Origin: Hyphomicrobiales bacterium
GTDB taxonomy: Bacteria > Pseudomonadota > Alphaproteobacteria > Rhizobiales > Beijerinckiaceae
Direction: 5' to 3'
Assembly (NCBI GenBank): GCA_027489535.1
Contig: JAIXZO010000014.1
Location: 2,060 to 66,059, forward strand
Length of the DNA: 64,000 bases
Made by a program: the position numbers and the translations under genes. A model generated the notes under the pieces. It did no database searches, had not been told where the DNA came from, and saw nothing but the letters and a program-made list of their open reading frames with translations. Below are positions 8,724 to 18,956 of the stretch, one piece after another (positions within the stretch are counted from its first letter, which is position 1; each line of letters starts with the position of its first letter).

Positions 8724-9618
8724 CGTCGCGGCCGCCCTTGCGGCGGCTTTTGAGCGACTCGTCGCTGACATAAGCGAGGTCCTGATCGAAGATGATGCGG
8801 TCCTGCCCCGACAGGGCGATGAAGCGCTTGCCCTTGGCGCGGCCGATCAGCGTCAGCCCGCATTTGCGCGCAAGTTCCACCCCCCACGCCGTGAAGCCCG
8901 AACGCGAGACGAGCACCGGGATGCCCATGCGCACGGTCTTGATCACCATTTCCGAGGTCAGCCGCCCGGTCGTGTAGAACAGCTTGTCGCCGCCCGAAAT
9001 GCCGTTGGCGAACATCCAGCCGGCCACCTTGTCCACCGCATTGTGGCGGCCGACGTCTTCCATATAGACGAGCGGCTTGTCGCCTTCGCAAAGCACGCAG
9101 CCGTGGATCGCGCCCGCTTCCAGATACAGCGACGGCGTGGTGTTGATGACCGAGGTCAGCCGGTAGAGCCACGACGTCCGCACTTCCGTGCGCGGCAGCT
9201 GCACGGTCTCGAGCGCCTCCATCAGATCGCCGAAGGCGGTGCCCTGCGCGCAGCCCGAGGTCAGCGTCTTCTTCTTCAGCTTCTCCTCGAAATCCGTCTC
9301 TTCCGGCGTGCGCACCACCACCACGCCGAGATCGTCGTCGTAATCGACCCCGGTCACGACGTCGTCGGGCTTGAGCATGTTCTGGTTGAGCAGATAGCCC
9401 AGCGCCAGCCATTCGGGATGATCGAGGATCGTCATCATCGTGACGATCTCCCGGCTGTTGAGATAAAGCGTCAGCGCCCGCTCCACCGTCACCGACGTCT
9501 CCACCGGCCTGCCGGCTTCGTCGATGCCGGTCACGCGCTGCGTCAGGCGCGGATCATGCGGATCGGGGCGGACGAGCCAGTCGCCGGCCAAGCGTGCAAT
9601 GTCTTCCATCCCCGGCAT
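8716..9618 (-). CDS. fdhD: formate dehydrogenase accessory sulfurtransferase FdhD
   Basis: Contains the [11 protein letters not shown] motif with typical FdhD length and layout. I chose start MPGMEDIA (9618) because the longer track ORF N-terminus runs into a family B repeat fragment. Confidence 0.85.
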   Translation of the reverse strand: MPGMEDIARLAGDWLVRPDPHDPRLTQRVTGIDEAGRPVETSVTVERALTLYLNSREIVTMMTILDHPEWLALGYLLNQNMLKPDDVVTGVDYDDDLGVVVVRTPEETDFEEKLKKKTLTSGCAQGTAFGDLMEALETVQLPRTEVRTSWLYRLTSVINTTPSLYLEAGAIHGCVLCEGDKPLVYMEDVGRHNAVDKVAGWMFANGISGGDKLFYTTGRLTSEMVIKTVRMGIPVLVSRSGFTAWGVELARKCGLTLIGRAKGKRFIALSGQDRIIFDQDLAYVSDESLKSRRKGGRDDE

Positions 9619-9665
9619 ATCGGGCGGGCGGGCCGCGCTGTAAAGCGGCGGAGAGATCGTTGGAG

Positions 9666-9707
9666 GGCTCGAGACGCACGGCTTCGCCGCGTTCCTCACC
9701 AAGAGGG
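9666..9707. repeat. Family B repeat fragment (right arm only)
   Basis: ggctcgagacgcacggcttcgccgcgttcctcaccaagaggg. Confidence 0.65.
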
Positions 9708-9788
9708 CATGATTTTTCACACCATGAGGGGTGAATTTCTACACGTCGGGCGACACCCCCTACCGCCCGCGCGCACCACACCCACAAA

Positions 9789-9897
9789 ACCTCATGGTGA
9801 GGAGGCGCAAAGCGCCGTCTCGAACCACGAGGTTTCCCCGCAGGTGGAGCACGATGGTTCGAGACGCACGGCTTCGCCGCGCTCCTCACCATGAGGG
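9789..9897. repeat. Family B repeat, copy B3 (complete)
   Basis: acctcatggtgaggaggcgcaaagcgccgtctcgaaccac ... gatggttcgagacgcacggcttcgccgcgctcctcaccatgaggg. Confidence 0.85.
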
Positions 9898-9938
9898 TGG
9901 ATCTTCGGAAGCAGGCGCATCTGCCCACCACACCCCGC

Positions 9939-11147
9939 TTACCGCCCCTTCGCCGCCCTCTGCGCGATCTGCGGCTCCAGGAATTCCATCACGGATGCGG
10001 ACAACAGATCGCTGGCCTTTTCGCGCCATTCCGCCGTCAGCATCATTTCCATGTCGGATTTGCTGGAGAGGTAGCCCAGTTCCACGAGCGCGGAAGGCAC
10101 GTCGGGCGCACGCAGCACGCGGAAGCCGGCGGAACGATGGGGGTTCTTCGTCAGGCGGCCCGCGCCGCCCATCTGCGCCACCACCGTGCGGGCGAACAGC
10201 GCCGAATAGGTCCGCGTTTCGCGCTTGGTGAGGTCGTCGAGAATGTCGGCGACGTCCTCGCGGTTTTCCGGCTGCTCGAAGCCCGCCGCGGCATCCGCCC
10301 GGTTCTCGGCTTCGGCCAAGCGGGCCGATTCCGCGTCCGTGGCGCGGTCGGAGCCGGTATAGACCGTGAGCCCCCTCACCTCCGCCGCATTGGCGATGCT
10401 GTCGGCGTGGATGGAGACGAACAGCGCCGCATTGGCCTGCCGCGCGATGCGCACCCGCTCGCCCAGCGCGATGAACACGTCGTTTTCGCGCGTCATCACC
10501 ACGCGCACGCGGCCAGAGCGTTCCAGCTTCTGCTTCAGCAATTGCGCAAAGCCGAACACCACGTCCTTTTCCTGCACGTTGCCGATGCCCGTCGCCCCCA
10601 CGTCGATGCCGCCATGGCCGGGGTCGAGCACCACCACCGGGCGATTGTCGCCGGCGCGCGGCGTGGCGGTCGAGGCGGCGGTCGCGGGCGGCGGCGGCAA
10701 TTCGTCGAGCGCGGCCTTCGCCGCCCTCCCGAAGACCGCGCGGTCCACGCGGCGCAGCTCGATCACGAGTTCCGAGGCGACGTTGCCGCCGACGGGCTCG
10801 ACCGATACCCGCACCGGCAGCGCCGGCTGCGCCAGATCGACGACGATGCGCGACCGCCCGGGCGCGAACAGCCCGTAGCGGAACCCGCGCACCACGCCCG
10901 ACGCCTTGCGTCCCGCATCCGCCGGCAGCTGGAAGTTGACCGTCGGCAGGTCGATGACCAGCCGATCCGGCCCTTCGAGCGCCAGCACCTTCGCCGCGAC
11001 GGGCTGCGACAGCGTGAACACGAGACGCGTCTTGTCGCCGTCAGTCTCGGTGCGCGTTTCGACCGCCACCACGGGCGCGGCATGGCCGTGCCCGGCGAAA
11101 CCGCCGAGCGCGAGCAGCATCACGAGAAGGAGGGCGGCGAAACGCAT
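9939..11147 (-). CDS. N-acetylmuramoyl-L-alanine amidase (AMIN domain plus amidase_3, AmiC-like)
   Basis: Signal peptide MRFAALLLVMLLALGGFAGHGHA and the amidase_3 signature VVLDPGHGGIDVGATG ... SIHAD ... ELGYLS. Start 11147 was chosen within track ORF 9939..11189. Confidence 0.88.
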   Translation of the reverse strand: MRFAALLLVMLLALGGFAGHGHAAPVVAVETRTETDGDKTRLVFTLSQPVAAKVLALEGPDRLVIDLPTVNFQLPADAGRKASGVVRGFRYGLFAPGRSRIVVDLAQPALPVRVSVEPVGGNVASELVIELRRVDRAVFGRAAKAALDELPPPPATAASTATPRAGDNRPVVVLDPGHGGIDVGATGIGNVQEKDVVFGFAQLLKQKLERSGRVRVVMTRENDVFIALGERVRIARQANAALFVSIHADSIANAAEVRGLTVYTGSDRATDAESARLAEAENRADAAAGFEQPENREDVADILDDLTKRETRTYSALFARTVVAQMGGAGRLTKNPHRSAGFRVLRAPDVPSALVELGYLSSKSDMEMMLTAEWREKASDLLSASVMEFLEPQIAQRAAKGR

Positions 11148-11819
11148 GCAATCTCCGGCGCGCGGGCGCATCGGCCCGCGAAATTCCATTCGGATCGTCT
11201 TGTTCGATTTGTCCTACCCGATCCTTGCAGAACCGTGAATGCAGGCACCGACGAACGCCTTATTCGCTTCGCCGGGAGTCGGGGCGGAAACGTGGCGGCG
11301 CTCGCCCCGATTGCGCAAATTTGCGCCATGTTCATGCAACGCTTGCCAAATCGGGGTTTGGATCGCTATTGAGAGAAGGTGCATATGCCGCACGCTGGTC
11401 GTGAGAGTTCCGCGGCGTAAACCCGCGACGGTCCGATCCGAGGCGACCGCTTCGTCCCGTACTCCGGCATCTGCATCGCTTGCCCGCTCGGCCCGTCGCT
11501 ACGGGTGCCCGGGCTCACCGCCGATCCGCTTCCCCGCGAGCATCGGCCCGAAAACGTGTCGAGGTCCTGGACGTGGGCGAAATGCTCCGATCCGTTCTGG
11601 AGCCTGCTCAACCGCCGATCGCGTCGCGATCGTTGCGGGGCACCGTCCGCACGGCCGGCCTCGACGTCACCCCTGCCGCTTCACGGCGGCAATTTCGCGC
11701 TCTTTCCCGTCCGTCGTCCGCTCCGCCGTCACGATTCCGTCCCGCACCTGCAAGGGTTTGCGCGGGGCTTCCGACGCCGCCGACGTCCCTGCGGGAGGGT
11801 GCGCCAATGAGAGATCCTC

Positions 11820-14624
11820 ATGGCCAACAAAATGCTCATCGACGCCTCGCACCCGGAAGAGACCCGGGTCGTGGTGGTCCGCGGTAACCGGATCGAGGAA
11901 TTCGATTTCGAAGCCGCCAATCGCAAACAGCTCCGCGGCAACATCTACCTCGCCAAGGTCACCCGCGTGGAGCCGTCGCTTCAGGCGGCCTTCATCGAAT
12001 ATGGCGGCAACCGCCACGGGTTCCTCGCCTTCAGCGAGATCCATCCCGACTATTATCAAATCCCGGTCGCCGACCGCGAGGCGCTGATCGCGGAAGACGC
12101 GCGCGCCGACCGTGAAGCCGACGACGAGGAAAACGGCCGTCGCAGCCGCAAGCCCCGCTCCAAGGCGCGCGGCCGCAAGCCTGACGCCGCCGTGTCCGAG
12201 GATGCGGCCGAAGGCGCTTCGGACGCCGAGACCGATCTCGTCGCCCGCGCCGCAGCCGACGATGCAGACCATCACGACGACGAAGACCACGGCGACGACG
12301 ATCACGGCGACGAGGATGTCGCCGAAGAGGACGTCGTCGAACAGGTCGGCTCCGAAGACGCGATGGAAGAGGTGCCCGAGCGCCCCCGCACCTATCGTCG
12401 CCAGTACAAGATTCAGGAAGTCATCAAGCGTCGGCAGATCCTGCTCGTGCAGGTCGTCAAGGAAGAGCGCGGCAACAAGGGCGCGGCTCTCACCACCTAT
12501 CTGTCGCTCGCCGGCCGCTATTCCGTGCTCATGCCCAACACGGGCCGGGGCGGCGGCATTTCGCGCAAGATCACCAACGCCGTCGACCGCAAGCGCCTCA
12601 AGGCCGTCGCCTCCGAGCTGGAGGTTCCGGACGGGATGGGGATCATCCTGCGCACGGCGGGCGCCTCGCGCACCAAGCCGGAAATCAAGCGCGACTTCGA
12701 ATATCTGATGCGCCTGTGGGAAAACGTGCGCGCGCTGACCTTGGAATCGACCGCCCCCGCGCTGGTCTACGAGGAAGGCTCCTTGGTGAAGCGGTCGATC
12801 CGTGACCTCTACAACAAGGACATCGACGAGGTCATGGTCGCCGGCGAAGGCGCCTACAAGGACGCCAAGGACTTCATGCGCATGCTCATGCCGAGCCATG
12901 CGAAGAACGTGAAGCCCTATCGCGATCAGCAGCCGCTCTTCGCCCGCTACGGCATCGAGGCGCAGCTCGACGCGATGTTCTCGAACCAGGTCACGCTGAA
13001 GTCCGGCGGCTATCTGGTCATCAACCAGACCGAAGCGCTCGTCGCCATCGACGTGAACTCCGGCCGCGCGACGCGCGAGCACAACATCGAGGATACGGCG
13101 CTCAAGACGAACCTGGAGGCCTCCGACGAGGTGGCCCGCCAGCTGCGTCTGCGCGACCTCGCGGGCCTTGTCGTCATCGACTTCATCGACATGGACGAGA
13201 GCCGCAACAACCGCGCGGTCGAGCGCCGGTTGAAGGAAGCCCTCAAGAACGACCGCGCCCGCATTCAGGTCGGGCGCATCTCGCCCTTCGGCCTGATGGA
13301 AATGTCGCGCCAGCGCATCCGCACGGGCGTGCTCGAAGGCTCGACGGTGGTGTGCCCGCATTGCGCCGGCGTCGGCTTCGTCCGCGCCACGCCGTCGGTC
13401 GCGCTGCATGTCCTGCGCGCGGTCGAGGAGCAACTGCTCAAGAGCGCGTCGCATGACCTCATCGTGCGCACCCGCACGGAAGTCGCGCTCTACATCCTCA
13501 ACCAGAAGCGCGGACATCTGCGCGCGCTGGAAGACCGCTTCGGCGTCATGCTGACGGTGCTCGCCGACGACACCAAGACCGGCATGCATGCCTATGCCGT
13601 CGAGCGCGGCGAGCCCGCCTCGGGCGAGATCCGCACGCCCCTGATCACCGCCCCGATCGAGGAGCCGGAAGAGCCCGAGATCGAGGATCTGGTCGACGAG
13701 GAAGAGGACGAGACCGAGGTCGTCGACGGGGCGGAAGCCGCCCCCGTCGAAGCCCGCGCGCCCCGCTCCGAGCGTCGCGAAGAACGCGAGCCCCGCTCCG
13801 AGGACGGCGAGACGGACGCCAACGGTCGACGCCGTCGTCGCCGTCGTCGGCGTCGCGGTCGCGGCGATCGTCCGGAAGGTGCGGAGGGCGGCGAAGCCGT
13901 CGCCCGCGGCGATGCTCCGATGCCCGCCGATACGCCCCAGCCCCACGTCTCGGCTGCGCCCTTCAACGGCGAGACCATCGATCAGGTGGACGTCGACGAG
14001 GCCGGCGAAAATGCCGGGGGTGAACGCAACGGCCGCCGTCGCGGTCGTCGCGGCGGCCGCCGTAATCGTCGTCGCTTCGAAGAGGGCGTAAGCGTCGCCT
14101 TCGAGGGATCCGAGAACGAGCAGAACGCGGCGGAAGCGGTCGAGGGCGACATGCCCGTGACCGCCGCCGAGCCGGTCGTCGTCGCCGAAGCGGCGGTTGC
14201 CGTCGAAGCGGCTCCGGCTCCCAAGGCGCGCCGCTCGCGCAAAAAGGCCGATGCCGTCGAAGCTCCGGCCGAAGCGGCTCCCGTCGAGGAGGCCCCCGCT
14301 CCGGTCGCGGCCGAACCGGCCGAGCCCGCTCCCAAGGCACGCCGCTCCCGCAAGAAGGCGGAACCCGCCGCCGAGGTCGAGGCGGCTCCCGCTCCGGTCG
14401 TCGCCAAGACCCGCGCCGCAGCGCCGGCGAAGCCCGCCGAACCGACGCCCGCGCCGGTCGCGGCTCCGGTCGCCGCACCTGCGCCGGCCGCTCCCGAGCC
14501 CGTGCAGGAACCGGCTCCCGAGCCGATCCTCGCGACCGAACCGGTCGTGGTCGGCACCTCCGGCGAAGGCCCCAAGCGGGGCGGCTGGTGGGCGCGCGCC
14601 AAGGCTTCGCTGACCGGCGAGTGA
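11820..14624 (+). CDS. rne: ribonuclease E
   Basis: Starts MANKMLIDASHPEETRVVVVRGNRIEEFDFE and has the S1 and catalytic core (VIDFIDM, CPHCAGVG Zn-link). A long Arg/Pro/Ala-rich C-terminal scaffold region includes an R10 run. Confidence 0.95.
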   Translation: MANKMLIDASHPEETRVVVVRGNRIEEFDFEAANRKQLRGNIYLAKVTRVEPSLQAAFIEYGGNRHGFLAFSEIHPDYYQIPVADREALIAEDARADREADDEENGRRSRKPRSKARGRKPDAAVSEDAAEGASDAETDLVARAAADDADHHDDEDHGDDDHGDEDVAEEDVVEQVGSEDAMEEVPERPRTYRRQYKIQEVIKRRQILLVQVVKEERGNKGAALTTYLSLAGRYSVLMPNTGRGGGISRKITNAVDRKRLKAVASELEVPDGMGIILRTAGASRTKPEIKRDFEYLMRLWENVRALTLESTAPALVYEEGSLVKRSIRDLYNKDIDEVMVAGEGAYKDAKDFMRMLMPSHAKNVKPYRDQQPLFARYGIEAQLDAMFSNQVTLKSGGYLVINQTEALVAIDVNSGRATREHNIEDTALKTNLEASDEVARQLRLRDLAGLVVIDFIDMDESRNNRAVERRLKEALKNDRARIQVGRISPFGLMEMSRQRIRTGVLEGSTVVCPHCAGVGFVRATPSVALHVLRAVEEQLLKSASHDLIVRTRTEVALYILNQKRGHLRALEDRFGVMLTVLADDTKTGMHAYAVERGEPASGEIRTPLITAPIEEPEEPEIEDLVDEEEDETEVVDGAEAAPVEARAPRSERREEREPRSEDGETDANGRRRRRRRRRRGRGDRPEGAEGGEAVARGDAPMPADTPQPHVSAAPFNGETIDQVDVDEAGENAGGERNGRRRGRRGGRRNRRRFEEGVSVAFEGSENEQNAAEAVEGDMPVTAAEPVVVAEAAVAVEAAPAPKARRSRKKADAVEAPAEAAPVEEAPAPVAAEPAEPAPKARRSRKKAEPAAEVEAAPAPVVAKTRAAAPAKPAEPTPAPVAAPVAAPAPAAPEPVQEPAPEPILATEPVVVGTSGEGPKRGGWWARAKASLTGE

Positions 14625-14644
14625 TCGCCGCACCGATCAAAAAT

Positions 14645-14678
14645 AAAGGCGGGATGGTTCTTCCATCCCGCCTTTTTT
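14645..14678. terminator. bidirectional intrinsic terminator between convergent rne and the aminotransferase gene
   Basis: aaaGGCGGGATGG-ttctt-CCATCCCGCCtttttt: a 10-bp GC stem flanked by an A-tract and a T6 tract. Confidence 0.75.
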
Positions 14679-14764
14679 CATGGCCGCGAAAACGACCCGA
14701 ATTCATGCGTAATTTCAGCTGAACAGACGCTTCATTTCCGTGAATTCAGCCGTGATCATTACAA

Positions 14765-15955
14765 CTACCGCCTGAAGGTGGAGAGGCGCTCAACCGCGCC
14801 GCGGCAATCCTCCTCCGTTCCGGCGAAGGACAGGCGCATGTAGCGGTTTCCGCGATCGGGATCGAAATCGAGCCCCGGCGTCGCCGCGATCCCGGCCTCG
14901 TCCAGCAAGCGCCGGCAGAAATCCATCGAGTCGTTGGTGTAGCGGCCGACATCGACATAGACGTAGAACGCGCCGTCCACGGGCAGGAAATCTCCATATC
15001 CGAGACGCGGCAATTCGTTCATGAACAACATGCGGTTGCGCGCATAACCGGCTTTGATGACTTCCAATTCCTCGGTTGCGTCGAAAGCCGCTTCGGCCGC
15101 CGCCTGACTGAGAAAGGGCGCGGAGATGTAGAGGCTCTGCGACAGCCGCTCGACCGGCCGCACCAAGGATTCCGGCAGCACGAGCCAGCCGATCCGCCAC
15201 CCGGTCATGCAGTAATATTTGGAAAACGAGTTCACCACGACCGCCTCGGGGTCGAATTCCAGCGCCGTGCGCGCCGGGGCGTCATAGGTGAGGCCGTGAT
15301 AGATTTCGTCGGAAATCAGCCAAATTCCCAAGCGTTTGCAGCAGCTTGCAAGATCTCGCAGGGCGTCCGCGGACATCATCGTGCCGGAGGGATTGGCCGG
15401 GCTCATCACCAAAACGCCCGCCAGCGGAGCCTCCCGATGCGCCTTCTCGACGGCCTCCGCCGTCACCACCCAACCGGTCGCGGCGGTGGTCTCGACCGTC
15501 ACGGGCACGAGCCCGAGCGCCTCCAAGGTGTTGCGGTAGGCCGGATATCCCGGCGAGGAAATCGCCACCCGCGCGCCGGGATCGAACATCGCGATGAAGG
15601 ACAGGATGAACCCGGCGGACGACCCCGTGGTGACCGCAACCCTTTCTGCCGGAACGGAAATCCCGTAGCAGTCGCGGTAATGCCGGGCGATGCGCTCGCG
15701 CAGGGACCGCAGCCCCAGAGCCTCCGTATAGCCGATCCGCCCCTCGTCGATCGCCCGCTTGGCGACCTCGCGGACACGCAGCGGGGCCGGCGCGCCGGGC
15801 TGGCCGACTTCCATATGCAGGATCGAGCGCCCCGCCCGTTCCAAGGCGCCCGCGGCGGCCATCACGTCCATGGCGATGAAGGGCGACACCGCACCGCGCC
15901 GCGAAGGCGTCCGCCCGCCCGATACCGCCACGCCTTTGCCTTGATCGATGGTCAT
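14765..15955 (-). CDS. pyridoxal-phosphate-dependent aminotransferase (class I/II)
   Basis: Starts MTIDQGKG (ATG 15955) within over-extended track ORF 14765..17392. Motifs include SPANPSG, NSFSKYYCMTGWRIGW (PLP lysine) and RLSFA. Confidence 0.88.
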   Translation of the reverse strand: MTIDQGKGVAVSGGRTPSRRGAVSPFIAMDVMAAAGALERAGRSILHMEVGQPGAPAPLRVREVAKRAIDEGRIGYTEALGLRSLRERIARHYRDCYGISVPAERVAVTTGSSAGFILSFIAMFDPGARVAISSPGYPAYRNTLEALGLVPVTVETTAATGWVVTAEAVEKAHREAPLAGVLVMSPANPSGTMMSADALRDLASCCKRLGIWLISDEIYHGLTYDAPARTALEFDPEAVVVNSFSKYYCMTGWRIGWLVLPESLVRPVERLSQSLYISAPFLSQAAAEAAFDATEELEVIKAGYARNRMLFMNELPRLGYGDFLPVDGAFYVYVDVGRYTNDSMDFCRRLLDEAGIAATPGLDFDPDRGNRYMRLSFAGTEEDCRGAVERLSTFRR

Positions 15956-16108
15956 GGAATGTCCTTCTCCGCGCCGGATTTGACGGTCCGTAAGCGCGGC
16001 CCTAACTCTGATCATCTTGTCTTCCGCCCGGATACCGGAATGCCCGAGCCTGTCGCGCGCACTGCTATCAGCACCGCTTCCGCCCCGCAAAGGGCGACGT
16101 CGTCGATC

Positions 16109-17464
16109 ATGCGCCGCGTCGTCGCGGCCGCATGCGCGGTCGCCATGCTGGCGCAGACGATTCCGGCACAGGCGCAAAAGCGGCCCTCGCTTGTACGCGA
16201 CGCGGAGATCGAAAACCTGCTGCGCGACTATGCCGAACCGATCTTCGGCGCGGCGGGCATTCGCAAGGGCTCGGTCCAGATCATTCTCATCAACGACCGC
16301 TCGTTCAACGCCTTCGTCACCGACGGACGGCGGATGTTCATCAATGTCGGCGCGATCATGGACGCGAAGACTCCGAACGAGCTCATCGGCGTGATCGCCC
16401 ACGAATCGGGACATATCGCGGGCGGACACTTGGTCCGATTGCGCGAACAGGCCTCGAACGCCCAGATTCTGGCGGTGGTCGGCATGCTGCTCGGCGCGGG
16501 CGCCGTGGTTGGCGCGGCGGCGTCCGGAGACCGGGTCGGCGGCAGCGGCACCGGCGCGATGGGGGCCATTCTCGGTCCGAGCGAACTCGTACGCCGCAGC
16601 ATGCTCTCCTATCAGCGCTCCGAGGAACAAGCTGCGGACCGTGCCGCGATCAACTATCTCGACAAGACCGGCCAGTCGCCGAAGGGGCTCCTCGACACGT
16701 TCCGGCGCTTTGCACAGGAATCGATGTTCCGCACGGCGAGCGTCGATCCCTACACGATCAGCCATCCGCTCCCGGCCGACCGCATCGCGAACCTCGAAAC
16801 GCTCGCCGCCAAGAGCCCGAACATCAACGCCAAGGATTCGCCCGCGTTGATCGCCCGGCATGAAATGGCCCGCGCCAAGCTGTTCGGCTTCATAGCGTCC
16901 CCCGAAGAGGTCGGCCGTCGCTACCCGATCCGCGATATGTCGCTCGGCGCACGTTACGCGCGGGCCATCGTGGATTACCGTTACAAGCGGCTCGGCGACG
17001 CGCTTTCCAAGGTCGACGGGCTTTTGGCCGAACAACCGAACAATCCCTATTTCCACGAATTGAAGGGTCAGGCCCTGCTCGAATTCGGGCGTCCGAACGA
17101 GGCGCTGCCGTCGTTGCGGCGTGCCGTGGGATTGGTACCGGGCGCGGTCCCGATCCGCGTCATGCTCGGGCATGCGCTGGTTTCGACCGAGAAGCCCGCG
17201 CTGGTCGACGAGGCGATCCGGGAATTGTCGAACGCCGCCGTGCGCGAGCCCGAAAACGCCGACGCCTTCCGCTTCCTCGCGCGCGCCTACGGCATCAAAG
17301 GCAATGTCGCGATGGCCGAACTGGCCGCGGCGCAATCCTATTTCGCCGAGGGCGACTACCAGAATGCGGTGCAGCAGGCCGCCCGCGCGCAAGACAAATT
17401 CCCGAAGAATTCCGGAAACTGGCTGAAAGCCGAAGAAATCCTCACTTATCGCCCGCCGCGTTGA
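16109..17464 (+). CDS. M48 family metalloprotease with C-terminal TPR-like region
   Basis: Starts MRRVVAAACAVAMLAQTIPAQA (signal peptide) in the frame of track ORF 15296..17464. Contains the HESGH zinc motif and TPR-like repeats (YFHELKGQALLEFGRPNEAL). Confidence 0.88.
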   Translation: MRRVVAAACAVAMLAQTIPAQAQKRPSLVRDAEIENLLRDYAEPIFGAAGIRKGSVQIILINDRSFNAFVTDGRRMFINVGAIMDAKTPNELIGVIAHESGHIAGGHLVRLREQASNAQILAVVGMLLGAGAVVGAAASGDRVGGSGTGAMGAILGPSELVRRSMLSYQRSEEQAADRAAINYLDKTGQSPKGLLDTFRRFAQESMFRTASVDPYTISHPLPADRIANLETLAAKSPNINAKDSPALIARHEMARAKLFGFIASPEEVGRRYPIRDMSLGARYARAIVDYRYKRLGDALSKVDGLLAEQPNNPYFHELKGQALLEFGRPNEALPSLRRAVGLVPGAVPIRVMLGHALVSTEKPALVDEAIRELSNAAVREPENADAFRFLARAYGIKGNVAMAELAAAQSYFAEGDYQNAVQQAARAQDKFPKNSGNWLKAEEILTYRPPR

Positions 17465-17487
17465 CGGCAGGAGCAGGAGCAGACGTC

Positions 17488-18273
17488 ATGTCGAACGGCA
17501 TCAACCGGACCATGTCCGGCCTCTTCGCAGCGGGGTTTCTCGCGTCAGGCTTGCTCGCCTTCGTTCCGGCGGCAAATGCGCAGTCGCTCAGCGAGGCCCA
17601 GAAGAACGAGGTTCGCGGCCTCGTGCGCGAATACATCCTCCAGAACCCCGAGATCATCCAGGAAGCGATGACCGAACTGGAGCGCAAGCAGGGCGAAGCG
17701 GAGCGCACGGCGCGCGTCAAGGCGCTCGAAAGCCTTTCGGGCGCGTTGTCGGAGTCGCCGCGCGCCATCGTGGTCGGCAATCCGGCGGGCGACGTCACGC
17801 TGGTCGAGTTTTTCGACTACAATTGCAGCTACTGCAAAAAGGCGATGGGCGACGTGAAGACGCTCATCAAGAATGACCCGAAATTGCGCGTCGTGATCCG
17901 CGACTTCCCCGTGCTCGGCCCCGACTCCGTCGAAGCGTCGATGGCGGCCGTCGCCGCCAAAAAACAGATCACCGGCGAAAAATATTGGGAGTTCCACGAG
18001 AAGCTGCTCGAGTCGCGCGGCCGCGTCGGCAAGGAGCGCGTGTTCGCGGTGGCCAAGGAGATGGGCGCGGACGTCGCAAAGCTCCAAAAGGACATGGATG
18101 CGGCGGAAACGCGTGCCACGGTCGAAGAAACCATGCGTTTTGCCGACGCTCTGCACCTGCAGGGCACCCCGGCCTTCATCGTCGGCAAGGAGATCATCTT
18201 CGGCGCGGTAGGTATGGAACCGTTGAAAACCGCCATCGCAGCCACGCGGAAGTGCGGGAAAGCCGTCTGCTGA
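17488..18273 (+). CDS. DsbA-family thiol:disulfide oxidoreductase
   Basis: Has a signal/anchor segment, the CSYC active site (FFDYNCSYCKK) and GTPAFIVG. ATG 17488 is preceded by ggagcaggagc. Confidence 0.85.
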   Translation: MSNGINRTMSGLFAAGFLASGLLAFVPAANAQSLSEAQKNEVRGLVREYILQNPEIIQEAMTELERKQGEAERTARVKALESLSGALSESPRAIVVGNPAGDVTLVEFFDYNCSYCKKAMGDVKTLIKNDPKLRVVIRDFPVLGPDSVEASMAAVAAKKQITGEKYWEFHEKLLESRGRVGKERVFAVAKEMGADVAKLQKDMDAAETRATVEETMRFADALHLQGTPAFIVGKEIIFGAVGMEPLKTAIAATRKCGKAVC

Positions 18274-18433
18274 ATCGGCCTCCGGCCTTTTCCTTCGCAC
18301 CGCAACACATTATTGAGGCTTCCGACGATCTTCCGCGCGAGCTGAGTCGCGACGGACGCATGACGAATGCCCCGACCACCGATTTCTGCGGCCAAGGCCC
18401 CGGATTTCGGCGGGTAGACACGGCAAGGACGAC

Positions 18434-18949
18434 ATGACTCAATCTTCCAAAGATGCCGCCCCCAAACACGCGACCCCGGATGCCAGCATCGACACAAAGC
18501 TCGTGCGCCGTCTCGCGCAGATGCTGACCGAGACCGACCTGACCGAGATCGAAGTCGAAAAGGGCGGATTGCGCATCCGCGTCGCCCGCACCCTGACCGT
18601 GACGCATGTCGCGGCCTCGGCTCCGGCCGTAGCATCGGTGATCGCTCCGCCGCCGGTCGCGGCCGCAGCGCCGGTCGCCGCCGCCGTCTCGAGCTCGTCC
18701 GACGCCGCGGGCCATCCCGGCGCGGTCGCGTCCCCCATGGTCGGCACGGCCTATCGCCGCGCCTCGCCCGACGCCAAGGCCTTCATCGAAGTCGGCTCGC
18801 AGGTGAAGCAGGGCGACAAGGTGTTGTTGGTCGAGGCGATGAAGACCTTCAACGAAATCGTCGCGCCGCGCTCGGGCACCGTGACCGCGATCTTCGTCGA
18901 GGACGGCCAACCGGTCGAATACGGCGAAACGCTCCTCGTGATCGAGTGA
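18434..18949 (+). CDS. accB: acetyl-CoA carboxylase biotin carboxyl carrier protein
   Basis: Biotinyl-lysine motif [10 protein letters not shown] and an Ala/Pro-rich linker. It lies directly upstream of accC. Confidence 0.93.
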   Translation: MTQSSKDAAPKHATPDASIDTKLVRRLAQMLTETDLTEIEVEKGGLRIRVARTLTVTHVAASAPAVASVIAPPPVAAAAPVAAAVSSSSDAAGHPGAVASPMVGTAYRRASPDAKAFIEVGSQVKQGDKVLLVEAMKTFNEIVAPRSGTVTAIFVEDGQPVEYGETLLVIE

Positions 18950-18956
18950 TCGAAGC

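Noticed and set aside
11667-14633. 988-aa ORF antisense to rne
   Set aside because: It is R/G/A/L-rich and low-complexity, with no motifs, and is fully antisense to a strongly supported gene. Such long shadow ORFs are expected at this GC content.
15956-17392. N-terminal extension of track ORF 14765..17392 (and likewise 15296..16108 of ORF 15296..17464)
   Set aside because: The aminotransferase and M48 protease homology begins at internal starts (15955 and 16109). The extensions run antisense through the neighbouring gene.
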